DNA from: Felis catus
Taxonomy: Eukaryota
Direction: 5' to 3'
NCBI RefSeq assembly: GCF_018350175.1
Contig: NC_058368.1
Location: 22,136,001-22,200,000, forward strand
Length of the DNA: 64,000 nt
Shown: positions 1 through 12,456 of the stretch, in pieces
Numbering within the stretch: the stretch's first letter is position 1
Layout: the number at the start of each line of letters is the position of its first letter
Notes under the pieces: generated by a model
The model's database searches: none
What the model saw: only the letters and a program-made list of their open reading frames with translations
Told to the model about the DNA's origin: nothing
Translations under genes and position numbers: made by a program

Positions 1-399
1 TGAGACTTAAGATTTATAGTAAATGAAGACAGTATTGTATTGGCATAGAGATAGATAAATAAAACAACAAAACCAAGGTAGAGGGCCCAGAAATAAACCT
101 GTACAAACATGAAATGGTTTTGATAGTGGAAGAATTATAAATCAGTTGAGAATAGGTTAACTGTTTAATAAATGGTTCTAGAGTAATGGATTTCATCCAT
201 GGAGAGAAAACCCTATACTATACCCTCCACTATACTCAGAAATAAATTCTCGGTAAAGATCTGCACTTGAAAAGCAAAACTTTTTAACTTTTAGAAGAGC
301 AAATAAGAGACTGTCTTTATGATGTATAGGAGGGAAGAATTCTTTAAACAGAATGTAGAATCACAAAACATAATAGGAAGTATTTAGTTAACTACATCA

Positions 400-1257
400 A
401 AATAGACACCTTTCCAGCGAAAACATCCAGATGGCTAACACACATGAAAAAATGCTCAACATCACTCATCATCAGGGAAATACAAACCAAAACCACAATG
501 CGATACCACCTCACACCTGTCAGAATGGCTAACATTAACAACTCAAGCAACAACAGATGTTGTCGAGGATGCAGAGAAAGAGGATCTCTTTTGCACTGCT
601 GGTGGGAATGCAAGCTGGTGCAGACACTCTGGAAAACAGTATGGAAGCTCCTCAAAAAATTAAAAATAAAAATACACTACGGCCCAGCAATTGCACTAGT
701 AGGTATTTATCCAAGGGATACAGGTGTGCTGTTTCGAAGGGGCACATGCATCCCCGTGTTTTACCAACAATAGCCAAAGTATGGAAAGAGCCCAAATGTC
801 CATTGATGGATGAATGGATAAAGAAGATATGGTATATATATATACAATGGAGTATTACTCAGCGATCAAAAAGAATGAAATCCTGCCATTTGCAACTATG
901 TGGATGGAATTGGAGGGTATTACGCTAAGCGAAATTAGTCAGAAAGACAAATATCATATGACTTCACTCATATGTGGAATTTAGGATACAAATCAGGTGA
1001 ACATAAGGGAAGGGAAGCAATAATAATATAAAAACAGGCAGGGGGGACAAAACAGATGAGACTCCTAAAAGTGGAGAACAAACTGAGGGTTGCTGGCGGT
1101 GTTGTGGGTGGGAGGATGGCTAAATGGGCAAGGAGCACTAAGGAGAACACTTGTTGGGATGAGCACTGGGTGTTATATATAGGGGATGAATCACTACATT
1201 CTACTCCAGAAATCATTATTGCACTATATGCTAACTAACGTGGATATAAGTGAAAAA

Positions 1258-1300
<43 letters not shown>
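400..1300 (+). mobile_element. 5'-truncated carnivore L1 (ORF2 C-terminus, 3'UTR and (AAAT)n tail)
   Basis: ORF 444-773 reads [14 protein letters not shown]...[14 protein letters not shown] (L1 ORF2 cysteine-rich end); tail (AAAT)n at ~1254-1300. Confidence 0.92.
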
Positions 1301-1303
<3 letters not shown>

Positions 1304-1696
1304 TTTTTAAAAAGACAGAATAAGCAAAGTGAAAAGATAGAATGTGACACATATAACTGGCAAATCATTTGGAAAGACAATTCAATAGAAAAATGGGCAA
1401 AGGATGCAAGTTGGTAACTTACAGATGAGAAAGCCTGATTGGTCAATAAGGAGGTGAAGATGATCATCTTACTAAGTAACATTGGAAATGGCCATTGAAA
1501 TATCAATGAGATATCATTTTACATTTTCATAATGGCAATATGTTTAAGTCTGACAATAACAAATATTGGTAAGGTTGGACAGCAGTGGAAGCTGTCCTAC
1601 ACTGTAAGTTAGCACAACCACTTTGGAGAGCAATTTAGCAAATTAAAGAACTGAAGTATGCGTATCCTTCAATCCTGAAATCTCATTTCTCAGCAA

Positions 1697-1891
1697 TTGT
1701 TTTAAGTTTATTTTTGAGAGAGAGAGAGTGTGTGTGTGCAAGGGAGAGAGAAGGGAGGGAGAGAATTCCAAGCAGGCTCCACAGTGTCAGCAGTAGCCCG
1801 ATATAGGGCTGGATCCCACAAACTGTGAGATCATGACCTGAGCCGAAATCAAGAGTCGGACACTGAGCCAATGGAGCCTCTCAGGTGCCCC
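1697..1891 (-). mobile_element. Can-SINE (tRNA-derived)
   Basis: ggggcacctg head on - strand, (CT)n and A tail; TSD tctcagcaa at 1688-1696 and 1892-1900. Confidence 0.9.
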
Positions 1892-2403
1892 TCTCAGCAA
1901 GTTTTTAGAGACATTCTTGCACATGTGCATGAGGAATTATGTACAAAAATATTTATCACAACATTGTTTAGAATGGTGTAAAATGAGAGAAAAAAACCAC
2001 AAATGGGCATCAACAGGAGATGGGGAAAATAAATCGTGATATATTCATACAGTAGGATATAGTAATGGGTTAAAATTAATTGAATTATACCAATCAGTGG
2101 GGACAAATCCCAAACACTGAATCAAAAAGGAATGTTAAAAGGATGTTATTTATTTAAAGGTTGAAACCATGCAAAACAGTACTGTATATGGATTCATACT
2201 TCTGCAGCTATAGTCTGAAAACCTGTATAGGGATGATAAATACCAAATCCAGAATAGCAGTCACCTCATTGGGGAGGGTTAGGGAGGAGAATGGTATCAT
2301 GAAGAGGTGACCAAGAGCCTCTAATTACATCTGTAATGTTTTAGTAAAAAATCTGCAGGCAAGTATGCCAAAAATCTTAGATTTTTTTTTCTTCTTACCC
2401 AAT

Positions 2404-2409
2404 TCTTTT

Positions 2410-2481
<72 letters not shown>

Positions 2482-2483
2482 TT

Positions 2484-2535
<52 letters not shown>

Positions 2536-2566
2536 TGTCTTTCTTTTTTCTTTTTCTTTCTTTCTT
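2404..2566. repeat. (TTTC)n/(GAAA)n microsatellite derived from the L1 polyA tail
   Basis: About 160 bp of near-pure TTTC repeats between the L1 3' end and its TSD. Confidence 0.97.
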
Positions 2567-2790
2567 TTAATATATGAAATTTATTGTCAAATTGGTTTCC
2601 ATACAACACCCAGTGCTCATCCCAAAAGGTGCCCTCCTCAATACCCATCACCCACCCTCCCCTCCCTCCCACCCCTCATCAACCCTCAGTTTGTTCTCAG
2701 TTTTTAAGAGTCTCTTATGCTTTGGCTCTCTCCCACTCTAACCTCTTTTTTTTTTTTCTTCCCCTCCCCCATGGGTTTCTGTTAAGTTTC

Positions 2791-5700
2791 TCAGGATCCA
2801 CATAAGAGTGAAACCATATGGTATCTGTCTTTCTCTGTATGGCTTATTTCACTTAGCATCACACTCTCCAGTTCCATCCATGTTGCTACAAAAGGCCATA
2901 TTTCATTTTTTCTCATTGCCACGTAGTACTCCATTGTGTATATAAACCACAATTTCTTTATCCATTCATCAGTTGATGGACATTTAGGCTCTTTCCATAA
3001 TTTGGCTATTGTTGAGAGTGCTGCTATAAACATTGGGGTACAAGTGCCCCTATGCATCAGCACTCCTGCATCCCTTGGGTAAATTCCTAGCAGTGCTACT
3101 GCTGGGTCATAGGGTAGGTCTATTTTTAATTTTTTGAGGAACCTCCACACTGTTTTCCAGAGTGGCTGCACCAGTTTGCATTCCCACCAACAGTGCAAGA
3201 GGGTTCCCGTTTCTCCACATCCTCTCCAGCATCTGTAGTCTCCTGATTGGTTCGTTTTGGCCACTCTGACTGGCGTGAGGTGATCACTGAGTGATGGTTT
3301 TGATTTGTATTTCCCTGATGAGGAGCGACATTGAGCATCTTTTCATGTGCCTGTTGGCCATCCGGATGTCTTCTTTAGAGAAGTGTCTATTCATGTTTTC
3401 TGCCCATTTCTTCACTGGATTATTCGTTTTTCGGGTGTGGAGTTTGGTGAGCTCTTTATAGATTTTGGATACTAGCCCTTTGTCCGATATGTCATTTGCG
3501 AATATCTTTTCCCATTCCATTGGTTGCCTTTTAGTTTTGTTGGTTGTTTCCTTTGCTGTGCAGAAGCTTTTTATCTTCATAAGGTCCCAATAGTTCATTT
3601 TTGCTTTTAATTCCCCTGCCTTTGGGGATGTGAGGTAAGAAATTGCTACAGCTTAGGTCAGAGAGGTCTTTTCCTGCTTTCTCCTCTAGGGTTTTGATGG
3701 TTTCCTGTCTCACATTTAGGTCCTTTATCCATTTTGAGTTTATTTTTGTGAATGGTGTGAGAAAGTGGTCTAGTTTCAACCTTCTGCATGTTGCTGTCCA
3801 GTTCTCCCAGCACCATTTGTTAAAGAGGCTGTCTTTTTTCCATTGGATATTCTTTCCTGCTTTGTCAAAGATGAGTTGGCCATACGTTTGTGGGTCTAGT
3901 TCTGGGGTTTCTATTCTATTCCATTGGTCTTTGTGTCTGTTTTTGTGCCAATACCATGCTGTCTTGATGATTACAGCTTTGTAGTAGAGGCTAAAGTCTG
4001 GGATTGTGATGCCTCCTGCTTTGGTCTTCTTCTTCAAAATTACTTTGGCTATTCAGGGCCTTTTGTGGTTCCATATGAATTTTAGGATTGCTTGTTCTAG
4101 CTTCGAGAAGAATGCTGGTGCAATTTTGATTGGGATTGCATTGAATGTGTAGATAGCTTTGGGTAGTATTGACATTTTGATGGTATTTATTCTTCCAATC
4201 CATGAGCATGGAATGTTTTTCCATTTCTTTATGTCTTCTTCAATTTCCTTCATAAGCTTTCTACAGTTTTCAGCATACAGATCTTTTACATCTTTGGTTA
4301 GATTTATCCCTAGGTATTTTATGCTTCTTGGTGCAGTTGTGAATGGGATCAGTTTCTTTATTTGTCTTTCTGTTGCTTCATTATTAGTGTATAAGAATGC
4401 AACTGATTTCTGTGCATTGACTTTGTATCCTGCAACTTTGCTAAATTCATGTATCAGTTCTAGCAGACTTTTGGTGGAGTCTATCGGATTTTCCATGTAT
4501 AATATCATGTCATTTGCAAAACGTGAAAGCTTGACTTCATCTTTGCCAATTTTGATGCCTTTGATTTCCTTTTGTTGTCTGATTGCTGATGCTAGAACTT
4601 CGAACACTGTGTTAAACAACAGCGGTGAGAGTGGACGTCCCTGTCGTGTTCCTGATCTAAGGGAAAAAGCTCTCAGTTTTTCCCCATTGAGGATGATGTT
4701 AGCTGTGGGCTTTTCATAAATGGCTTTTATGATGTTTAAGTATGTTCCTTCTATCCCGACTTTCTCGAGGGTTTTTATTAAGAAAGGATGCTGAATTTTG
4801 TCAAATGCTTTTTCTGCATCGATTGGTTCTTATCTTTTCTTTTATTAATGTGATGTATCACGTTGATTGATTTGCGAATGTTGAACCAGCCCTGCATCCC
4901 AGGGATGAATCCCACTTGATCATGGTGAATAATTCTTTTTATATGCTGTTGAATTCAGTTTGCTAGTATCTTATTGAGAATTTTTGCATCCATATTCATC
5001 AGGGATATTGGCCTGTAGTTCTCTTTTTTTTACTGGGTCTCTGTCTGGTTTAGGAATCAAAATAATACTGGCTTCATAGAATGAGTCTGGAAGTTTTCCT
5101 TCCCTTTCTATTTTTTGGAATAGCTTGAGAAGGATAGGTATTATCTCTGCTTTAAACGTCTGGTAGAACTCCCCTGGGAAGCCATCTGGTCCTGGACTCT
5201 TGTTTGTTGGGAGATTTTTGATAACTGATTCAATTTCTTCACTGGTTATGGGTCTGTTCAAGCTTTCTATTTCCTCCTGATTGAGTTTTGGAAGTGTGTG
5301 GGTGTTTAGGAATTTGTCCATTTCTTCCAGGTTGTTGAGTTTGTTGGCATATAATTTTCCATAGTATTCCCTGATAATTGCTTGTATCTCTGAGGGATTG
5401 GTTGTAATAATTCCATTTTCATTCATGATTTTATCTATTTGGGTCATCTCCCTTTTCTTTTTGAGAAGCCTGGCTAGAAGTTTATCAATTTTGTTTATTT
5501 TTTCAAAAAACCAACTCTTGGTTTCGTTGATCTGCTCTACAGTTTTTTTTAGATTCCATATTGTTTATTTCTGCTCTGATCTTTATTATTTCTCTTCTTC
5601 TGCTGGGTTTAGGCTGTCTTTGCTGTTCTGCTTCTATTTCCTTTAGGTGTGCTGTTAGATTTTGTATTTGGGATTTTTCTTGTTTCTTGAGATAGACCTG

Positions 5701-6602
5701 GATTGCAATGTATTTTCCTCTCAGGACTGCCTTTGCTGCATCCCAAAGTGTTTGGATTGTTGTATTTTCATTTTCATTTGTTTCCATATATTTTAAAATT
5801 TCTTCTCTAATTGCCTGGTTGACCCACTCATTCTTTAGTAGGGTGTTCTTTAACCTCCATGCTTTTGGAGGTTTTCCAGACTTTTTCCTGTGGTTGATTT
5901 CAAGCTTCATAGCATTGTGGTCTGAAGTATGCATGGTATGATTTCAATTCTTGTATACTTATGAAGGGCTGTTTTGTGACCCAGTATGTGATCTGTCTTG
6001 GAGAATGTTCCATGTGCACTCGAGAAGAAAGTATATTCTGTTGCTTTGGGATGCACAGTTCTAAATATATCTGTCAAGTCCATCTGATCCAATGTATCTT
6101 TCAGGGCCCTTGTTTCTTTATTGACCATGTGTCTAGATGATCTATCCATTTCTGTAAGTAGAGTGTTAAAGTCCCCCGCAATTACCACATTCTTATCAAT
6201 ATGGTTGCTTATGTTTGTGAGTAATTGTTTTATATATTTGGGGGCTCCTGTATTCGGCGCATAGACATTTATAATCGTTAGCTCTTCCTGATGGATAGAC
6301 CCTGTAACTATTATATAATGCCCTTCTTCATCTCTTGTTACAGCCTTTAATTTAAAGTCTAGTTTGTCTAATATAAGTATGGCTACTCCAGCTTTCTTTT
6401 GACTTCCAGTAGCATGATAAATAGTTCTCCATCCCCTTACTTTCAATCTGAAAGTGTCCTCAGGTCTAAAATGAGTCTCTTGTAGACAGCAAATAGATGG
6501 GTCTTGTTTTTTTATCCATTCTGTTACCCTGTGTCTTTTGGTTGGCGCATTTAGTCCATTTACGTTCAGTGTTATTATAGAAAGATATGTGTTTAGAGTC
6601 AT
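2791..6602 (-). pseudogene. L1 ORF2 (endonuclease, reverse transcriptase, C-terminal Cys domain), frameshifted
   Basis: Starts MTLNTYLSIITLNVNGLNAP; EN motifs [30 protein letters not shown] site reads FAND; ends RYHMVSLLCGS*; split over at least 7 ORF fragments. Confidence 0.93.
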
Positions 6603-6653
6603 TGTGATGTCTGTAGGTTTCATGTTTGTAGTGATGTCTCTGGTACTTTGTCT

Positions 6654-7547
6654 CACAGGATCTCCCTTAGGATCTCTTGTAGGGCTGGTTTAGTGATGAT
6701 GAATTCCTTCAGTTTTTGCTTGTTTGGGAATACCTTTATCTCTCCTTCTATTCTAAATGACAGACTTGCTGGATAAAGGATTCTCGGCTGCATATTTTTT
6801 TCTGTTCATCACATTGAAGATTTCCTGCCATTCCTTTCTGGCCTGCCAACTTTCAGTAGAGAGATCCGTCATGAGTCTTATCGGTCTCCCTTTATATGTT
6901 AGAGCATGTTTATCCCTAGCTGCTTTCAGAATTTTCTCTTTATCCTTGTATTTTGCCAGTTTCACTATGATAGGTCATGCAGAATTTCGATTCAAGTTAC
7001 ATCTGAAGGGAGTTCTCTGTGCCTCTTGGATTTCATTCCCTTTTTCCTTCCCCAGATCAGGGAAGTTCTCAGCTATTATTTCTTCAAGTACCCCTTCAGC
7101 ACCTTTCCCTCTCTCTTCCTCCTCTGGAATACCAATTATGCATAGATTATTTCTCTTTAGTGCATCTCTTAGTTCTCTAATTTTCCCCTCATACTCCTGG
7201 ATTTTTTTATCTCTCTTTTTCTCAGCTTCCTCTTTTTCCATAATTTTATCTTCTAGTTCCCCTATTCTCTCCTCTGCCTCTTCAATCCGAGCCGTGGTTG
7301 TTCCATTTTATTTTGCAGCTCATTTATAGCATTTTTTTAGCTCCTCCTGGCTGTTCCTTAGTCCCTTGATCTCTGTAGCAATAGATTCTCTGCTGTCCTC
7401 TATACTGTTTTAAAGCCCAGTGATTAATTTGATGACTATTATTCTAAATTCACTTTCTGTTATATTGTTTAAATCGTTTTTGATCAGTTCATTAGCTGCC
7501 GTTATTTCCTGGAGATTCTTCTGAGGGGAATTCTTCCGTTTTGTCAT
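6654..7547 (-). pseudogene. L1 ORF1, disrupted
   Basis: MTKRKNSPQKNLQE start at 7547, premature stop at 7410; fragments RNNLCIIGIPEEEE, IIAENFPDL, KEKILKAAR, WQARKEWQEIF. Confidence 0.9.
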
Positions 7548-9975
7548 TTTGGATAGTCCCTGGAGTGGTGCGGGACTGTGGGGCACTTCCCCTGTGCTGT
7601 CTTGAATAACTTGCATTGGTGGGCGGGGCCGCAGTCAGACCTGATGTCTGCCCCAGCCCACCGCTGGGGCCGCAGTCAGACTGGTGTGTGCCTTCTCTTC
7701 CCCTCTCCTAGGGGCGGGATTCACTGTGGGGCGTCGTGGCCGGTCTGGGCTACTTGCACACTGCCAGGCTTGTGGTGCTGGGGATCTGGCGTATTAGCTG
7801 GGGTGGATCGGCAAGGTGCACAGGGGCGGGAGGGGCAGGCTCAGCTTGCTTATCCTTTGGTGATCCACTTCAGGAGGGGCCCTGTGGCAGCAGGCGGGAG
7901 TCAGACCCGCCGGAGGGATGGATCCGCAGAAGCACAGCGTTCGGTGTTTGTGCGGTGCAAGCAAGTTCGGTGACAGGAACCAGTTCCCTGTGGGATTTTG
8001 GCTGGGGGATGGGCGAGGGAGATGGCACTGGCGAGCACCTTTGTTCCCCGCCAAGCTGCGCTCTGTCCTCTGGGGCTCAACAACTCTCCCTCCCGTTGTC
8101 CTCCAGCCCTCCTGTTCTCCGAGTAGAGCTGTTAGCTTATAACCTTCCAGATGTCAAGTCCCACTTGCTGTTGGAACACACTCTGTCCGGCCCCTCCTCT
8201 TTTGCAAGCCAGACTCAGGGTCTCTGCTTGGCTGGCGGGCCGCCCCTCCGCCCTGGCTCCCTCCCGCCAGTCCGTGGAGCGCACACCGCCTCGCCGCCCT
8301 TCCTACCCTCTTCCGTGGGCCTCTCGTCTGTGCTTGGCTCCGGAGACTCCGTTCTGCTAGTCTTCTGGCGGTTTTCTGGGTTATTTAGGCAGGTGTAGGT
8401 GGAACCTAAGTGATCAGCAGGACGCGCGGTGAGCCCAGCCTCCTCCTACGCTGCCATCTTCCTCCCCAATTCTTTATTCCATAAAGCCGGAAATCTTAGA
8501 TTTTGATAGAGCAGCTCATGGGAACGTGACATCTGATATGTTATTATTGTACTCTTTTTCTATGTCAGAATTATTTCATAAAAAAGTAAATGCAAATCAG
8601 AAGAGGCACAAATAGACTGCTGTAGCACTGGAAGCTGCCTACACAGTATAAATGATAGACCGTCTCAAGACCCTCCTGACTGAAGAAATTGTGGGAAGCC
8701 ATGTATCCTGTCATCCAGCTCCTGTGGAATTTTAACATCATCTTAGATGAGAACAAGCCACATAAAATTTTGTTCAAAAATGCAGGATTATGGAAGTATT
8801 CAGTGGGTGGCCAAAGAGAAATAACCTACTTCTGTCCTCAGAATTTGGATCATCTAATCATTGGACAGAGTGGGTGCATTTAAAAATAGCTGACCACTTC
8901 TTTACTTCTATGTGCCTACCCCGTACCCTGTGTTTCCTCCACTGAAGTAAGAACTGAATTGTTCACTTGCCAAGTATAATATTTTGTTATTTAGAAAAAG
9001 CAACAGCTGAGTCCGAGAGTGTTTTTTTTTCACAGTTCTGTGTTAATAGTTTTTTCCCCAAAAACACCTTCCATAAGGGGCAGAAAATGTTTAACACACT
9101 ACTACTAAAACGTCTTTACTAGATTATTTTCATTAGCTTGCTGCTAAGTTCAGAGAAGTGAATGAGATGCCATCTCATGTTTTTTTCTGTTGTTGACCAG
9201 CAGGATGGTACAGTGGGAAAGTGCTGGATGGAAGTCAAGAGACCTGGGTCTTTGTTCCGGCTTAATTGCCACCAGTGACTTTGGGCAAATCCATCCAGAT
9301 CTGATTCCTCACTTGCCGAATGCAAGCATTGAATTCATGTCAGTAGTCTAGTCGTAGTCTGTTACTCGGTTCAGACCTTTGTCTCGTGATTCTGGCTGTC
9401 CCAGAGGGGTGCCCAGTGTGAACTTAGGAATCAGCTATGAGTTGGCTCCCTTTCCTTTCCCCGTTAATTTCCTTTATAGCAAAGGACCATGATACCACTT
9501 CCCACCAAACCAGGTAGGGGATGGGGGTGGTCTGTACCTTTTGGCCCACTTCTTAGAACAGCTGGAACTCAGGCATGGCCAGTGATGAAAATGTTCCTGA
9601 GTGTATTACTCTGTCACTCAGATCCTAGCAGTGGCTGCCATTGCTATTTCCCTGAAAACAAGAAGCTCCACCCTCACTTCTTCCAAAATACAACGGCCAG
9701 CTTGACAATTCACCTAAAAAAAGTACAGAGAACAAGAAATATCCTAGTTGAGAAATCCTTTCCATGTGGTCTTACTGAAAAGAAGGCAGAATTGCAGATT
9801 AATTTGGTGAAAGCCTGACCATGAATTACCTACTTCCTTCAGGACCTGTTCTTTTTAGCAGGCCAACCACTCTGGTCTTGACGTGCCAAATCTAAGTCTA
9901 CTGATGGAGGAAACAATTCAGCTGAGTAAATTTAGGAATCAGCTATGAGCTGATGTAATATTAATAATTTTTCTA

Positions 9976-10196
9976 GGGGCGCCTGGGTGGCGCAGTCGGT
10001 TAAGCGTCCGACTTTAGCCAGGTCACGATCTCGCGGTCCGTGAGTTCAAGCCCCGCGTCGGGCTCTGGGCTGATGGCTCAGAGCCTGGAGCCTGTTTCCG
10101 ATTCTGTGTCTCCCTCTCTCTCTGCCCCTCCCCCGTTCATGCTCTGTCTCTCTCTGTCCCAAAAATAAATAAACGTTGAAAAAAAATTTTAAAAAG
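9976..10196 (+). mobile_element. Young felid SINE (SINEC_Fc-like)
   Basis: ggggcgcctgggtggcgcagtcggttaagcgtccg head, CpGs retained; TSD aataatttttcta at 9963-9975 and 10197-10209. Confidence 0.96.
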
Positions 10197-10265
10197 AATA
10201 ATTTTTCTAAAAATGTTAACAGTACAGTAAAAAATGCTTATTTCAACTTAATGTTTCATCAACTA

Positions 10266-10298
10266 CTTTAAGTTTTTTTCAGTTTTATTTATCGTAAA

Positions 10299-10338
<40 letters not shown>

Positions 10339-10487
10339 GGGGAGGGACAGAGAGAGGGAGAGAAAATCTCTAGCAGGCTGCACACTGTCAGTGCAGAGCG
10401 TGACATGGGGCTCGATCCTGGGAGATCATGACTTGAGCTGAAATCAAGAGTCCAACGCTTAACTGACTGAGCCATCCATACGTCCCC
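10266..10487 (-). mobile_element. Can-SINE
   Basis: (GA)n and SINE body on - strand; flanking catcaacta repeats. Confidence 0.9.
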
Positions 10488-12281
10488 ATCAACTATTTTA
10501 AATAGTGCAGAATGCTCAACTTTATCATGTCTTCATCTGAACTCAATGTGCCCTTTTTGCTTATTTAACCAAGTTGTGGAGAGAAAAAGTGAAAAGCTGT
10601 AATTAAGACCTCACCTCTCTTTTCTACTTTTTAAGAGACTCTCTTTAAAAATTCATAAAATAGCCCCCTCTATGTTTGTTTATAGAAAGGTTTATAAAGG
10701 GTATTTGTGACCAACTTTACCAATATCACCAAACATACTACTCATGTCTCATTGTGATAATCCTGGCACTGAGTATTTATAATATTATTGCCTACTTTAA
10801 CAAATACAGTTGTGATAGTATATAAGGAAAACGAAGACTAGTGATATTTATAAGGAAATGTGAATATTATTAAAATAAGAAATTTTTTAAAGTTGCTTTT
10901 CCATGTAGTTTTGGAATAAGTACATAGCTTCTTACATAATTTCTACAGTTGTGTGCAATTTGTAAATCCCAAAGACTTGGATTCCAAAATCCCAAAGCAG
11001 TTGTCAGAACAACAACGTCTCTTATTGTAGCCTTGACCGTACCTTAAATGGTGATTGGCTCACTTCATTGTAAGAAGAAGCTGTAAATATTAAAAACATA
11101 GTAAATGAGGAAGCAGTTTACAAACCACCATGTATAGAATGCAAGCCCAGTTTTGTCTAAAATATATTTATAGCTATATGCACAGAAAGAAATGCTGGAA
11201 GGACGTACACCAGATATTCACAGTGGTATCTTTAGGTGGAGAAATTATTTAAGAGGTTTTTTTTTTTTCCTTTCTTCTTTGTGTCTTTCTTTTTCTTTGT
11301 TTTCCTGGTTTTCCACACGTATCACTTTCATAATCAGAATGATGATAAGGACAGTGGCAGTGAGGGGGATGATTTCAGGAGAATCTGCAGAGTTTTAAGC
11401 ATCCTCAACTTCCAACCTGCTCTCGTCCTCCCTGCTCACTTCCCTCCCAAGGTTTTGTTTCTCCCCGCACAGGTGGTGGGGCCCCGTCTGGTCCAGCTGT
11501 GGGCTCACTGGTGCTCACAGACATCAGCCAGCTTGCAGAGGCAGGGATCGGGTCCTTCTTTCTTAAATAGGAAAAAAGTTACTGTCTTTGATCAATAATG
11601 ACAGGTATTGTGTCAAAATATTCTAAATATGATATCGCTCAGATTTGTATTCACCTGAAGTGGGGAGCCTTTAGAATGAAGAGGCCTTATTTTATGCTTC
11701 ACTGGGATGGAATTTAGCTTTGAGTTACTTCCATGTAACTGTAACGGGAGGCCCAGTTTCAAATCCACGTACGAAGCACTCAGGGCTTCCGGCATGCCTC
11801 TCAGACAGTAAGGTTAGCAAAGCAGAATACTAGCCTTCCAATGCCTTGTTTAGTGCAAATCCCTCTTGGCAAACTAGAATTTGAACGCAATGAATGAATG
11901 TGTGTATAAGGCATGCTTTTTTTTTTTTTAATCTTTCATAAAAAAGCATTCAGGTTTAAAATAGAGAGCAAAGTATTCTTAGTTTTCTGAGTTAAAAATA
12001 TTTATGTTGTGGTCATGATATTTGCCTTTCTCTAACCATGCCTGAGAACTCCATGAATCACAGTTCTGAAACGTGTGTAAATGCAGGGATACAGCCAATA
12101 AGACCATGCTATAAAAAGAGAAGCCACAGGTAGTTCCATTTGTCTGACTTGTTTGGGGATGGTTTGAAAATAGCATGTTAAAAAAATGAGTTCAGCAGAG
12201 AGAGAACCAAGAAACTGCCTATACTGGTCATAATATTCAGAAGGTTTGGCTCACCGTGCCTTGATTTAGAAGTGTGTTCCT

Positions 12282-12456
12282 GGGGCGCCTGGGTGGCTCA
12301 GTCAGTTAAGCGTCTGACTTTGGCTCGGGTCATGATCTCATGGTTTGTGAGTTCTGCTGTCAGCACAGAGCCTCCTTCGGATCCTCTGTCCCCGTCTCTC
12401 CCTCTGCCCCTCCCCTGCTTGCACTCTGTCTCTCTCAAAAATAAACATTTAAAAAA
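12282..12456 (+). mobile_element. Can-SINE with internal deletion
   Basis: SINE head and tail; TSD agaagtgTGttcct / agaagtgCAttcct (opposite CpG-decay products). Confidence 0.9.

Larger units (their letters stand above)
1..2370 (+). mobile_element. Old degenerate L1M-type LINE 3' region, interrupted by a younger L1 fragment and a SINE
   Basis: Decayed ORF2/3'UTR-like motifs (e.g. acagtattgtattggcatagagataga, aaaaatgggcaaagga, caaccactttggagagcaatttagca); no intact ORF. Confidence 0.65.
2409..8464 (-). mobile_element. Full-length felid L1 (LINE-1), inactivated, antisense in the last CAB39L intron
   Basis: 5' end GGAGGAAGATGGC; CpG-rich 5'UTR 7548-8464; ORF1 and ORF2 remnants; polyA signal and (GAAA)n tail; TSD cccaattcttt at 2398-2408 and 8465-8475. 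Confidence 0.96.

Noticed and set aside
2791..7547. Active, retrotransposition-competent L1
   Set aside because: ORF1 has a premature stop at 7410 and frameshifts; ORF2 is broken into at least 7 pieces and the RT FADD motif reads FAND
7736..8398. 220-aa + strand ORF as a novel gene or ORF0-CAB39L fusion
   Set aside because: GTG start inside a GC-rich L1 5'UTR where long ORFs arise by chance; it stops before the candidate donor at 8428
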